Assembly (NCBI RefSeq): GCF_000018105.1
Contig: NC_009925.1
Span: 2,940,001 to 2,972,000, forward strand
Direction of reading: 5' to 3'
DNA from: Acaryochloris marina MBIC11017
Lineage (GTDB): Bacteria; Cyanobacteriota; Cyanobacteriia; Thermosynechococcales; Thermosynechococcaceae
DNA length: 32,000 nucleotides
Shown: positions 12,841 through 22,000 of the stretch, in pieces
How the letters are laid out: each line of letters begins with the position of its first letter
Numbering within the stretch: position 1 is the stretch's first letter
Notes under the pieces: generated by a model
Database searches by the model: none
What the model saw: only the letters and a program-made list of their open reading frames with translations
What the model was told of the DNA's origin: nothing
Position numbers and translations under genes: made by a program

Positions 12841-13287
12841 ATGGGTTTGAGCTTCAAGCACTGGAGTGGGGGTATAGCACTAGCCACCTTGATTCTGACA
12901 GGGAATGGCGTTGCACTAGCTCAAGAAGTTGATCCACTCGATCAGCCATTACATCAACCCACCATCTCTGAAACACTGGATCAGCAGTCTAACCTCGACA
13001 GTTACTGGGAAGATGAGTCCGTAGGAGGGGATGCTAATTTTGCGTTCAGCGTTGAGACGCCAGAAGGGGTCATTAAAGATGCTGCTGAGCGTATTGAAGT
13101 GATCTACAAAGATCTACTCCAGCAGCAAGATGATGATTTTCCTACGGTTCGCACTCGCGATTTGGCTAATCCTTACGCAACTTCATTACTAGAACTGCAA
13201 AGTCTATCAGGCATTGGTAACTCTGAATCCGAGCCTGCTCCACAATATATTCCTCCTGTAGCGCCTGCTGTTCCTGCTCTTTGGTAG
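12841..13287 (+). CDS. Hypothetical exported acidic protein
   Basis: ATG 12841 gives a signal-like N-terminus 'MGLSFKHWSGGIALATLILTGNGVALAQ'. The mature part is acidic, and no family was recognised. Confidence 0.5.
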   Translation: MGLSFKHWSGGIALATLILTGNGVALAQEVDPLDQPLHQPTISETLDQQSNLDSYWEDESVGGDANFAFSVETPEGVIKDAAERIEVIYKDLLQQQDDDFPTVRTRDLANPYATSLLELQSLSGIGNSESEPAPQYIPPVAPAVPALW

Positions 13288-13321
13288 CCGCCAAACAAAT
13301 TCATACAATCCAGAACAGTTA

Positions 13322-13356
13322 AAGCGCCCAACTTGCATTTCACAAGCTGGGCGCTT
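13322..13356. terminator. Hairpin between a convergent CDS and a tRNA gene
   Basis: AAGCGCCCAACTTG (13322-13335) pairs with CAAGCTGGGCGCTT (13343-13356), 14 bp with one mismatch. No strong U-tail on either strand. Confidence 0.4.
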
Positions 13357-13372
13357 GAGCTATTGAAACCAA

Positions 13373-13445
13373 TCCAGGGTGCAGGAGTTGAACCTGCCTA
13401 AGGCGAATTATGAGTTCGCTGCCTCAACCGCTCGGCCAACCCTGG
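13373..13445 (-). tRNA. tRNA with CAT anticodon: elongator Met or, more likely, lysidine-type Ile2
   Basis: Hand-folded 73-nt cloverleaf. Acceptor CCAGGGT/ACCCTGG. Anticodon arm GCGAA-CTCATAA-TTCGC. T-arm GCAGG-TTCAACT-CCTGC. No encoded CCA. It is not initiator-like because the anticodon stem lacks the three G-C pairs. From memory, the long D-loop and T-arm resemble plastid trnI-CAU. Confidence 0.85.
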
Positions 13446-13650
13446 CAAAATAACAGCTTTTGTATAGTGTGGGATGTTCAACTCTATACAGAATCTAGTA
13501 AAAATACCAGAATGACTATAGCACTATCCCCTAAGTTATATTATTACTGAATCTGAACGTCATTTTTATACGCACGTTCTAGTATTAGCGCTTAGATACA
13601 GAGTCGCAAGACATAACTCAGCTCTGGCATTTTTAACTTGATTCAAACGT

Positions 13651-14382
13651 GTGATCTTGGCTAAAGCGAATAAGTCCCCAACCAACAAAACTCGAAATCG
13701 ATTCAGGATTGATCCATCTATCAAACGCACAGTATTACTGTTACTGCTGATGTTGATCGTCGGATCGATTTGCGGTGCCGTCGGTTATGTATTCGCCCGC
13801 CAATCTTTAAAAGGCATTACACAACCTGCCACCAACCCATTTCTGAAAGAATCTGATGATTTGGATCGACGTCCTCGCCAAGGAGCCGATTTTCTCAATG
13901 AGAAAGACCTTATTGCCAAAGTGAAGTCCCAAACTAGCGGTGCCAATATCGCCAAAGAGAAACAAAAAACAGCGCCTAAACCCAAGAAACCCAAATCTTC
14001 TGACAACAAGCAGGAAAAACAGTCACAACCCAAAACTCTCCCCATCAAAGTTGACAACCAGGGCATGAACTTTGAAGTCAAGTCCTTGTCTCGTGAGGAT
14101 GATACGCTCATTCTTAACGTTGCCTTACAAAACAGTAGCGATCAAACCATTCAGTTTGTCTATACGTTTTTAGATATCACTGACGAGCAAGGGCAAGCCT
14201 TATTCTCCGAAATTCGGGGGTTGCCGACTGAGTTTAAACCCAAAGGAGAAATCTTTTTTGGCACGATCAAAATTTTAGATGTTCCGCCAGAAACGGTTGA
14301 GAAAGTCTCGATTTCCTTGAACGACTATCCTGACCAAAAGGTCAAACTCGATATTCAAAATATCCCGGTCACCGATGAGTAA
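13651..14382 (+). CDS. Hypothetical membrane-anchored protein (N-terminal TM, Lys-rich linker, beta-rich C-terminal domain)
   Basis: GTG start, TM segment 'TVLLLLLMLIVGSICGAVGYVF', and linker 'KEKQKTAPKPKKPKSSDNKQEKQ'. No family was recognised with confidence. Confidence 0.55.
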   Translation: MILAKANKSPTNKTRNRFRIDPSIKRTVLLLLLMLIVGSICGAVGYVFARQSLKGITQPATNPFLKESDDLDRRPRQGADFLNEKDLIAKVKSQTSGANIAKEKQKTAPKPKKPKSSDNKQEKQSQPKTLPIKVDNQGMNFEVKSLSREDDTLILNVALQNSSDQTIQFVYTFLDITDEQGQALFSEIRGLPTEFKPKGEIFFGTIKILDVPPETVEKVSISLNDYPDQKVKLDIQNIPVTDE

Positions 14383-14448
14383 GCGCCTATCTTACATATT
14401 CAGTCGATCTCACATCTCCAATAGAGGGCTGGCACAATCTCAGCTGGT

Positions 14449-15912
14449 ATGACTCCACTTCCAATGCTTCCCTACTGGGCCCAGCTCAGTACGTCCCGCC
14501 TCTCCGATCAATTTTCAGGGCTGAGTGCACCTGAAATTGGATCACGGTTATTCGCCATTGCTGCCTTGATTGCCATTAATGGTTTTTTCGTTACAGCTGA
14601 GTTTTCCATCGTTGCCGTTCGCCGCTCCCGCATCAACCAACTCGTGCAAGAGGGAGATACTCAAGCCAAGTTAGTTCAACAACTCCAGCAAGACATTGCT
14701 CGATTACTTTCAACCACTCAAATTGGGATTACCTTGTCTAGCTTAGCCCTCGGTTGGATCGGAGAACATACCGTAGCTGTGTTGATTATCTCGTGGTTAC
14801 GGCAGAGTGCCCTATCTGACTCCACTCAAGTCTTTATCGCCCATACCCTAGCGGTCCCTATCGCTTTTTTGGTCATTGCTTATCTACAAATCGTCCTAGG
14901 AGAGTTATGCCCCAAAGCGCTCGCTCTACTGTACTCCGAACAACTCGCTCGATTTTTAGGTCCGACTAGCCTAACGATCGCAAGGCTGTTTAACCCACTT
15001 ATCTGGATTCTCAACCAATCAACCCGATGTTTACTAGGACTGGTGGGTATTGAATATTCAGATCAAGATTGGTACCACCAAGTTACCCCAGAAGAGCTGC
15101 AGCTCATGATTGCAACCTCTACAGAATCCACCGGTTTAGAAGCGGACGAGAGAGAGTTGCTCACCAATGTCTTCGAGTTTACGGATGTCTTAGTGGAAGA
15201 AGTCATGATTCCTCGAACTCGGATTGATTCCTTGGAAGAATCTGCGACGTTTCAAATGCTGCTAGAAGAGGTCGCCCGGTCCGGGCACAACTACTACCCT
15301 GTCATTGGTGAATCCTTGGACGATATTCGCGGCATCGTCCGTTTCAAAGAGTTAGCGGTTGCTTTTGCTAAAGGAGACCTCCAAAATGACACCTCCATCA
15401 GAGCATGGGTACAAACAGCTTGGTTCGTTCCTGAAGGCACCTTAATCAATGAGGTGCTACAGCTAATGCAGAAATATCACCTCGATATCGTCATGGTGAG
15501 GGAAGAAGAGGTCAATGGGACTGCCGGTTTGGTCACTCTGAATGATCTCGTCCATGAAATCATCGGGGGCGATGATGCAACTGGTAACGATGCTACACCT
15601 CCCATTCAAGAACTCGATAATCATACGTTCATTGTCCAAGCTCAAACCGACTTAGATGAAGTGAATGAGCAGTTAGGCATAGCGTTACCTATTGTGGATG
15701 ATTATCAAACCTTGGGAGGGTTTTTACTATTTCAGCTGCAAAAGCTCCCTCTCCCAGGAGAAGTGCACCACTTGTACGATTTAGAGTTCACTATCATCTC
15801 AACCGATGGTCCCCGTCTGGATCAGATCCAAATCCATCAGTCAGAGTTTGGCATTCGCTCAGATTTACCTACTCATTTGGGTCATCAAACGGATAGCACT
15901 CCTAACCATTAG
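14449..15912 (+). CDS. CNNM/DUF21-CBS-CorC_HlyC family transporter ('hemolysin family protein')
   Basis: N-terminal DUF21 membrane domain ('INGFFVTAEFSIVAVRRSRI', 'GELCPK'), a central CBS pair, and a C-terminal CorC/HlyC domain. Confidence 0.9.
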   Translation: MTPLPMLPYWAQLSTSRLSDQFSGLSAPEIGSRLFAIAALIAINGFFVTAEFSIVAVRRSRINQLVQEGDTQAKLVQQLQQDIARLLSTTQIGITLSSLALGWIGEHTVAVLIISWLRQSALSDSTQVFIAHTLAVPIAFLVIAYLQIVLGELCPKALALLYSEQLARFLGPTSLTIARLFNPLIWILNQSTRCLLGLVGIEYSDQDWYHQVTPEELQLMIATSTESTGLEADERELLTNVFEFTDVLVEEVMIPRTRIDSLEESATFQMLLEEVARSGHNYYPVIGESLDDIRGIVRFKELAVAFAKGDLQNDTSIRAWVQTAWFVPEGTLINEVLQLMQKYHLDIVMVREEEVNGTAGLVTLNDLVHEIIGGDDATGNDATPPIQELDNHTFIVQAQTDLDEVNEQLGIALPIVDDYQTLGGFLLFQLQKLPLPGEVHHLYDLEFTIISTDGPRLDQIQIHQSEFGIRSDLPTHLGHQTDSTPNH

Positions 15913-15959
15913 AGAAATATTACAGCCTATCGCCCCATAAAAATAAACAAGAAAAAATT

Positions 15960-15993
15960 CTCGATAACGGTATGTTTACAAATCGTTATCGAG
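15960..15993 (-). terminator. Terminator hairpin downstream of ycf65, between convergent genes
   Basis: Perfect 10-bp inverted repeat CTCGATAACG (15960-15969) / CGTTATCGAG (15984-15993). On the minus strand it is followed by AATTTTTTCTTGTTTATTTTT. Confidence 0.5.
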
Positions 15994-16033
15994 GACATGA
16001 ATCTGTCTTGAATTAGGTCTTATGGCGATATGG

Positions 16034-16333
16034 CTAAGCGGTGCCAGTAAAGACTACCTCAGGAAAGCGTGCTTTTGCCTCAGTCAGAGGGCGTCGACGT
16101 CCTTCTTCTTGCCAATAGTTAATCACCTCTGTGGCTTTGTTGAGGATAGAGATACGCTCAACCTCATCAATCCAGGTTTTTTTCTCTAATTCAGTTTTGA
16201 GATTTTCCCAGGCGTCGTTTCGAGGCCAAAAGAAGTAAGAGGTTAGGGGACTACTCCCATTGCCAACCACTTGATCCACTGCTAAGGCAACGTTTTCATC
16301 AAGCCAGAGCACTTTAAGAATAAACTTTGACAA
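16034..16333 (-). CDS. ycf65: Ycf65-like 30S ribosomal protein PSRP-3
   Basis: Motif '[46 protein letters not shown]...[13 protein letters not shown]' matches PSRP-3/Ycf65. I place the start at TTG 16333, which sits 4 nt after an AGGAGG Shine-Dalgarno. The track ORF extends to ATG 16378. Confidence 0.85.
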   Translation of the reverse strand: MSKFILKVLWLDENVALAVDQVVGNGSSPLTSYFFWPRNDAWENLKTELEKKTWIDEVERISILNKATEVINYWQEEGRRRPLTEAKARFPEVVFTGTA

Positions 16334-16437
16334 TCTGCCTCCTAAAACTGAAAAAAATTTATCACTACAGCCCTCCATTATAGTTGATAAATCTTCATCT
16401 TCATTAAAGACTTAATGGTGAGCTTCCTAAATAAGAC

Positions 16438-17142
16438 TTAAGACCTTTCCAATCCACCTGCTGGCATGCCGCCATGACTACGTGGATCGTCTTGATTCCC
16501 CCGGACTGCAGGTTGAAATATAGATGTTTGTCCTATGGCTTGCGACTTGGGCACGGTTTCTTCCGCCACTAAGGCTGCTAAATTATCTGCCAAAATCTGT
16601 CGGGGTTGCTGCCCCACTGAGCTAGCTAAGGCTTCACCATCGCCATCCAGAAAGACAAAATGCGGAATACCATCAACATCAAACTTCAGCACTTCAGGGA
16701 GCCACTTGCTGTTGTCAACGTTCAACATCACAAAATTCACTTGATCAGAAAATTCTTGTTTGAGGCTGTTCATGTCGTCAGCCATTGCCTGGCAACTCGT
16801 ACACCAATTCGCGTAAAACTCCATTAGAGTTGGTTTTTGGTTTGCCAAGGCGACTTCTAACGGCGTCGAATTAACTGCCAGGGTTGATAATGAGGGCTGT
16901 TCAGTTTGTTGACGAGAGCCGAGAAAAAGGGCGATGCTAAGTGCGATCGCAACCATAGCAACCAAAAAATTTCTCAATCGTTGACTGGAGGTTGCTGCAT
17001 TAACCTCAGGATCGGACGGCATATCTGATGGATCTAAAGTCATGAGGTATCCAAAAACTTGACTAATCATTCCCATTCTCAGTTTAGTCATCCACCGGCT
17101 CAGTACACACATCTTTACCCCATAAAATTGCACCTTTGGCAC
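16438..17142 (-). CDS. Membrane-anchored thioredoxin-like protein (TxlA/TlpA-like)
   Basis: Active site 'FYANWCTSCQ', thioredoxin-fold tail 'VDGIPHFVFLDGDGE', and TM 'FLVAMVAIALSIALFLG'. The true start is probably internal, for example ATG 17043. Confidence 0.8.
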   Translation of the reverse strand: MPKVQFYGVKMCVLSRWMTKLRMGMISQVFGYLMTLDPSDMPSDPEVNAATSSQRLRNFLVAMVAIALSIALFLGSRQQTEQPSLSTLAVNSTPLEVALANQKPTLMEFYANWCTSCQAMADDMNSLKQEFSDQVNFVMLNVDNSKWLPEVLKFDVDGIPHFVFLDGDGEALASSVGQQPRQILADNLAALVAEETVPKSQAIGQTSIFQPAVRGNQDDPRSHGGMPAGGLERS

Positions 17143-17379
17143 TTTGGGCTACATTTCACTAGGTATCAGAGGTTGAGACGGATCGAATACATTTTTCCGT
17201 ACCCTCGCCAGTGATTTACCTCACAACTACCCGTCTTCTAATCTTGTAATCTGCAAGATAATTTCCACAGCAACCTTTTCATCAGTGTGAAATTGACAGT
17301 ATCAACTCACTGCAACAACTGCTCAAAACGTCTAGACACTCTCAGCCAACATTTATAAGGGGATTTAGGTGGGGGGCCT

Positions 17380-18042
17380 ATGAAACTTAAAAATCAGCAG
17401 ATGCTACCTCTCGACGAGCAACTCCGTCAACTGGTCATAGAAGCCCGTCAATACCCCTCTGGTCATTTGAAGCGCAAGCAATGTTTGACGCAGATTGTCA
17501 GGCTGATTGAGCAATCTCGTAAGCTCTGGCATGAGCATACGCCTTACTATGAAGATGCTTTACAGCAAACCTGGGTTTATTTTTGTCAGAATATTTGTGA
17601 AGCCGGTACTGGAGAACAATATGATCCGGACCGGAGTAGCGTCATTACCTGGCTCAACCGATATCTAAAATGGCGATTACAAGACTTTCGGATTAACAAA
17701 CAAAAGCACCTCGCGAGATATACCTCTACAGTACCTAGCGCCATCAACAAAAACCAAGATGCAACGGATAATCTCGCCGCTCCACCCGATACTCCCCCCA
17801 TTTTGGAAACAACCCGTCATTGGGTGGAAACTGATCCCTCCGGCGAATTAAGAAGCGTTCATATCCAAAACCGACCGGATGTCACTTGCCAAGCTTTACT
17901 CTTACGACGTCTTCCACCGGAACAAGGCTGGGAGAAGGTTTCCGAAGAATTTGGCTTGCCAATTTCGACGTTGAGTAGTTTTTACCAACGACAATGTATG
18001 CCTCGCTTGCGTAATTTTGGACAGTCACAAGGATATCTATAA
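17380..18042 (+). CDS. ECF-like sigma-70 family protein
   Basis: Region-2-like 'YEDALQQTWVYFCQNI ... SVITWLNRYLKWRLQDF' and region-4-like HTH 'GWEKVSEEFGLPISTLSSFYQRQCMPRLRNF'. AGGTGG lies upstream of the ATG. Confidence 0.7.
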   Translation: MKLKNQQMLPLDEQLRQLVIEARQYPSGHLKRKQCLTQIVRLIEQSRKLWHEHTPYYEDALQQTWVYFCQNICEAGTGEQYDPDRSSVITWLNRYLKWRLQDFRINKQKHLARYTSTVPSAINKNQDATDNLAAPPDTPPILETTRHWVETDPSGELRSVHIQNRPDVTCQALLLRRLPPEQGWEKVSEEFGLPISTLSSFYQRQCMPRLRNFGQSQGYL

Positions 18043-18065
18043 TAGAAGTTCCTGATTTTGACTCC

Positions 18066-19037
18066 ATGCTTCCCTTGATGAGCGATTCGTTAGCCTTACC
18101 GATTACCCAAGCCGCAAGACAAATAGCCCAAGACTTTGGGCAGCAACAGTCCACACCCGAGAAATGCCAGCAAGTCTATCTCAATACCTTAGCGGTCTTA
18201 GCTGTTAAAGAGTATCTGGCATTGATGGAAATTCCTTACAATCTGGAAGCTAGCGATAGCTGGAATCCCGTAGTACGATTATGTGCAGACGTTGCCGACC
18301 TCGTCGTTCCAGGCATGGGAAGTTTGGAATGTCGCCCGATTTTACCAGACACGCCAACTTGTCTGTTACCCCCTGAAGTCTGGTCGGACCGCATTGGTTA
18401 TCTGGTTGTTATCATCGATGATCAACAGCGGAGAGCCCGCATCCTAGGATTCACACCCACGGTTCAAGCCGGTCAAATTGCAATAGATCAATTACAGCCC
18501 CTCGAATCCTTATTGGCTCACATCAGTGAATTTATGTTGGTAGACACAAAATCACCGACATTCGTGCAGACCGATCTAGGTCAATGGCTACATGGTATCT
18601 TTAATCAAAGTTGGCAAGTGGTTGAAGACCTCTTACAACCTTCTACCCTAGAGCCAGCCTTCCACTTTAGAAGTGCAGCCACAACATCAACTGTGGAGCT
18701 GGATGACGATGCCGTCCAAATCAAACGGGCCAAATTAGTCAAGTTCAAAAATGACGCAGAAGAAATTCCTCTCGTTCTGATCATGAATCTTCTGCAAACT
18801 GAATCAGATAGCCAGCGTATGCTCTGTGTTCAGCTTCGACCTGCAGGTCAATGCGCCTCATTACCCGCTAATTTAGTGCTTAGGGTACTGGACAACCAGC
18901 ACAACACCTTTTTAGAAGCCCAATCGCGGCAAGCAGACAACTACTTACAGCTGGAATTCAGCGGATTACCAGGAGAACAGTTCCATCTCGATTTAGAGCA
19001 AGGAAACCACATCCTTACGGAAACATTTATTATTTAA
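18066..19037 (+). CDS. DUF1822-family protein
   Basis: The N-terminal pattern '...QQ.TPEK.QQVYLNTLAVLAVKEYLALMEI' and the ~320-aa size match my recollection of cyanobacterial DUF1822. Starts 23 nt after the sigma stop. Confidence 0.65.
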   Translation: MLPLMSDSLALPITQAARQIAQDFGQQQSTPEKCQQVYLNTLAVLAVKEYLALMEIPYNLEASDSWNPVVRLCADVADLVVPGMGSLECRPILPDTPTCLLPPEVWSDRIGYLVVIIDDQQRRARILGFTPTVQAGQIAIDQLQPLESLLAHISEFMLVDTKSPTFVQTDLGQWLHGIFNQSWQVVEDLLQPSTLEPAFHFRSAATTSTVELDDDAVQIKRAKLVKFKNDAEEIPLVLIMNLLQTESDSQRMLCVQLRPAGQCASLPANLVLRVLDNQHNTFLEAQSRQADNYLQLEFSGLPGEQFHLDLEQGNHILTETFII

Positions 19038-19090
19038 AATTTTTGCCCTGGCTGCATAGAAAGGAGATGCCTCTATAAAGAGTACAAGCC

Positions 19091-22000
19091 GTGGATAAAT
19101 TAGTTGTATTGCGCATGGGAGAAGGTAGCTTTACACAGGGTTTTCCTGTGACCCTTCAAGTTGGCCAAGAAAACGATAGACCCTCTACTGAAATTGTCGG
19201 TTCTCTTCCTCCCAATCCTAATATCCCCGAGTATTATCAAGGGTGGCAAACGGCTTATCTCAACTTGGGATTAACCACCCGATTAGATGCTCCCACAGAA
19301 CAATTAACCAACATCGACTGGCAAGAACTCCAAGTCAACTGCGAACAGGCCGCCCAAACCCTTCATCATGCATTAGACCGATGGCTCCTGGCAGACACCT
19401 TTCGCCCCGTCCGCGATAAATGGCTAGAGCAACTGTCTCTCCAAGATCACATTCGCATTATTCTGCAAACGGATAATCCGCAGCTCCAGCGCTTACCCTG
19501 GCACCAGTGGGAACTTTTAACTCGCTACCCTTTTGCAGAACTGGTCTTGAGCGCTCCCACCTATGAAGGCATTCAACGCCAATCCAGCTCTACTGCTGGC
19601 ATCAAGATTCTTGCCATTTTGGGAAGTAGCCACGGTATCAATACTCAAGCAGATCAAAGGTTACTCAATCAGCTTCCTCACGCAAATGTGACTTTTCTCG
19701 TAGAACCACAGCGACAAGAACTCACTGATCAGCTCTGGGACCAAAACTGGGATATTTTATTTTTTGCAGGCCACAGCCATAGTTCCAATCCCTGTGACAC
19801 GGGCCATATTTGCCTCAATGCCCATGAAACACTAAACATCAAACAACTGAAGTATTCTTTGCAGCAAGCCATTAGCAAAGGGTTACAGCTTGCCATTTTC
19901 AATTCTTGTGACGGTTTAGGGCTCGCCCATCACCTGGCCGATCTCCATTTGCCAGCCATGGTGATCATGCGCGAGCCTGTACCTGACCAAGTAGCTCAGT
20001 ATTTTCTCAAGTACTTCTTAGCTGCTTTTTCTAAGGGCAAACCCTTTCATTTAGCCGTCCGCGAAGCCCGGGAACGACTCCATGACCTAGAGCCCCAGTT
20101 TCCCTGTGCCACATGGTTGCCAATTATTTGCCAAAACCCAGCCGAACCACCTCCAACATGGCAACAGCTCAATCAAAACGGTGGGGATGACTATTCTTTA
20201 TGGCGCCATGACAATGACTCGGCGGCTCAAATCGTCACCATTGTCTTCACTGATTTAGTCAGCTCTACTGCCATTAAACAGGCGATGCCTGGCCTGGATG
20301 TCACAACTCGTAACCAACAGTACTACGACACGATCCTCCAACCCCATCGTCAACGCGTCACTACTAGCTTAGCGGCCTTTGGCGGTCGTTTGGTTAAAAC
20401 CGAAGGGGATGGCTTTCTGATGAGCTTTCCAGGGGCTATGCAGGCTGCGCAGTGGTCCATTGCCCTGCAACAGCACCATGAACAAGATCCAATTGAGACA
20501 CCGTTTGGCCCCTTGCAAGTCAGGATTGGTATGCATACAGGCAGCCCCTTATTGAATGCTGAAGATCATGACTATATTGGTCAAGAAGTCGACTATGCCT
20601 ATCGCATTTCTGACCTGGCGGATGGTGGGCAAATCTTGCTATCAGAAGTCTCAGCGGTGTTACTGCGCAATGCTGGTCTAACAGATATTACCGTATATGA
20701 CCATGACCATTGCCCCCTCAAAGGCATCGGCTCTGTCCCTATTTTCGAAATTCTTTGGGATAATCGGCAACCGCGCCCACTGCGGGGGAGTAAACCATCC
20801 ACAGTCTCTAACGCTCTCAATACAGATCAGCAACCTGCGAACAAAACACTCTCTGAGCCCATTGCTAGACCGCCAATCGAGGCGGAACCGCCTGCAGAAA
20901 AAGTCTCTCTGTTTTCTAAAGTTCATCGTTTTTGTCGCCGCCCTCTATGGTCCGTTTTGCCCACCAGTCTATGTTTAACGGCAGCCCTGCTGGGTATTCG
21001 AGGACTAGGCTTGTTACAACCCATGGAGTTTTGGGCGTTTGATCAGTTATTACGCCTTAGACCTAACGAAGGGCCGGATCCCAGGCTACTAATTGTATTG
21101 GTCACGGATAAAGATATTCAGGCCCAAGGAGATCAGACCCGGCGCAGTTCTTTAAACGATCCAACTCTGACGCAACTTCTCACTAAATTAGACGAGGCCA
21201 ATCCAAAAGCCATTGGCCTAGACATTTACCGAGATTTTGCCGTTGATCCTAACTACCCCAAGCTAACGACCCAACTCAAAAACAATGAGCGCTTAGTGGT
21301 TCCTTGTAAAGGAAGTGACTCATCCAGTGATAGCGATCCAGTCGGCATCGCCCCTCCACCAGAAGTTAAAGCACCTAATCGCATCGGCTTTACAGATTTT
21401 ATCGAAGATGGAGATGGGGTGTTACGTCGCCATATTCTTCATATGAACCATGAGCCCGCTTCTCCCTGTCGAGCGTCTTTTTCCTTCGGGGCTTTATTAG
21501 CCTTTCACTATTTGGAACAGCAGTCAAAACAGGCGTTTTCATTAAAGTTTGCGGAACCCAATGGTCAACCTTTGCAATTGCAGGTTCAAACGGCTCAACC
21601 AGGCACTGACGCGACTCGAACCACAATCTTTAAACAACTACAACCCCATGGCGGTTATCAAGGGATTAATGATGACCGCATGCAGGGCTTGCAATTACTG
21701 CTGAATTATCGAGCATTGCAGAAACCGACCGACATCGCCAAAACGGTAACTTTGGAGCAAGTTCTAACAGGTCAAGTTAATGCCAATGCCATTAAGGACA
21801 AGGTTGTTTTAGTAGGGGTCCAATCTAGTGGATCTGGAGATTTTTGGTCCACGCCCTATGGTGCCGGCCCCACGCAGAAAGTTGCTGGTGTCTTTGTCCA
21901 GGCCCATATGGCCAGCCAAATCATGAGTGCCGTTGAAGATCAACGCTCCTGCTTCAAAATATGGCCTCAATGGGCTGATGGTTTGTGGATATGGGGTTGG

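Noticed and set aside
19067-19078. Mini-ORF ATG-CCT-CTA-TAA directly after an AAGGAG, in frame with and upstream of the CHAT gene
   Set aside because: The ATG abuts the Shine-Dalgarno with no spacer, and the peptide is only 3 codons. This is more likely coincidence than a leader peptide or the remnant of a longer N-terminus.
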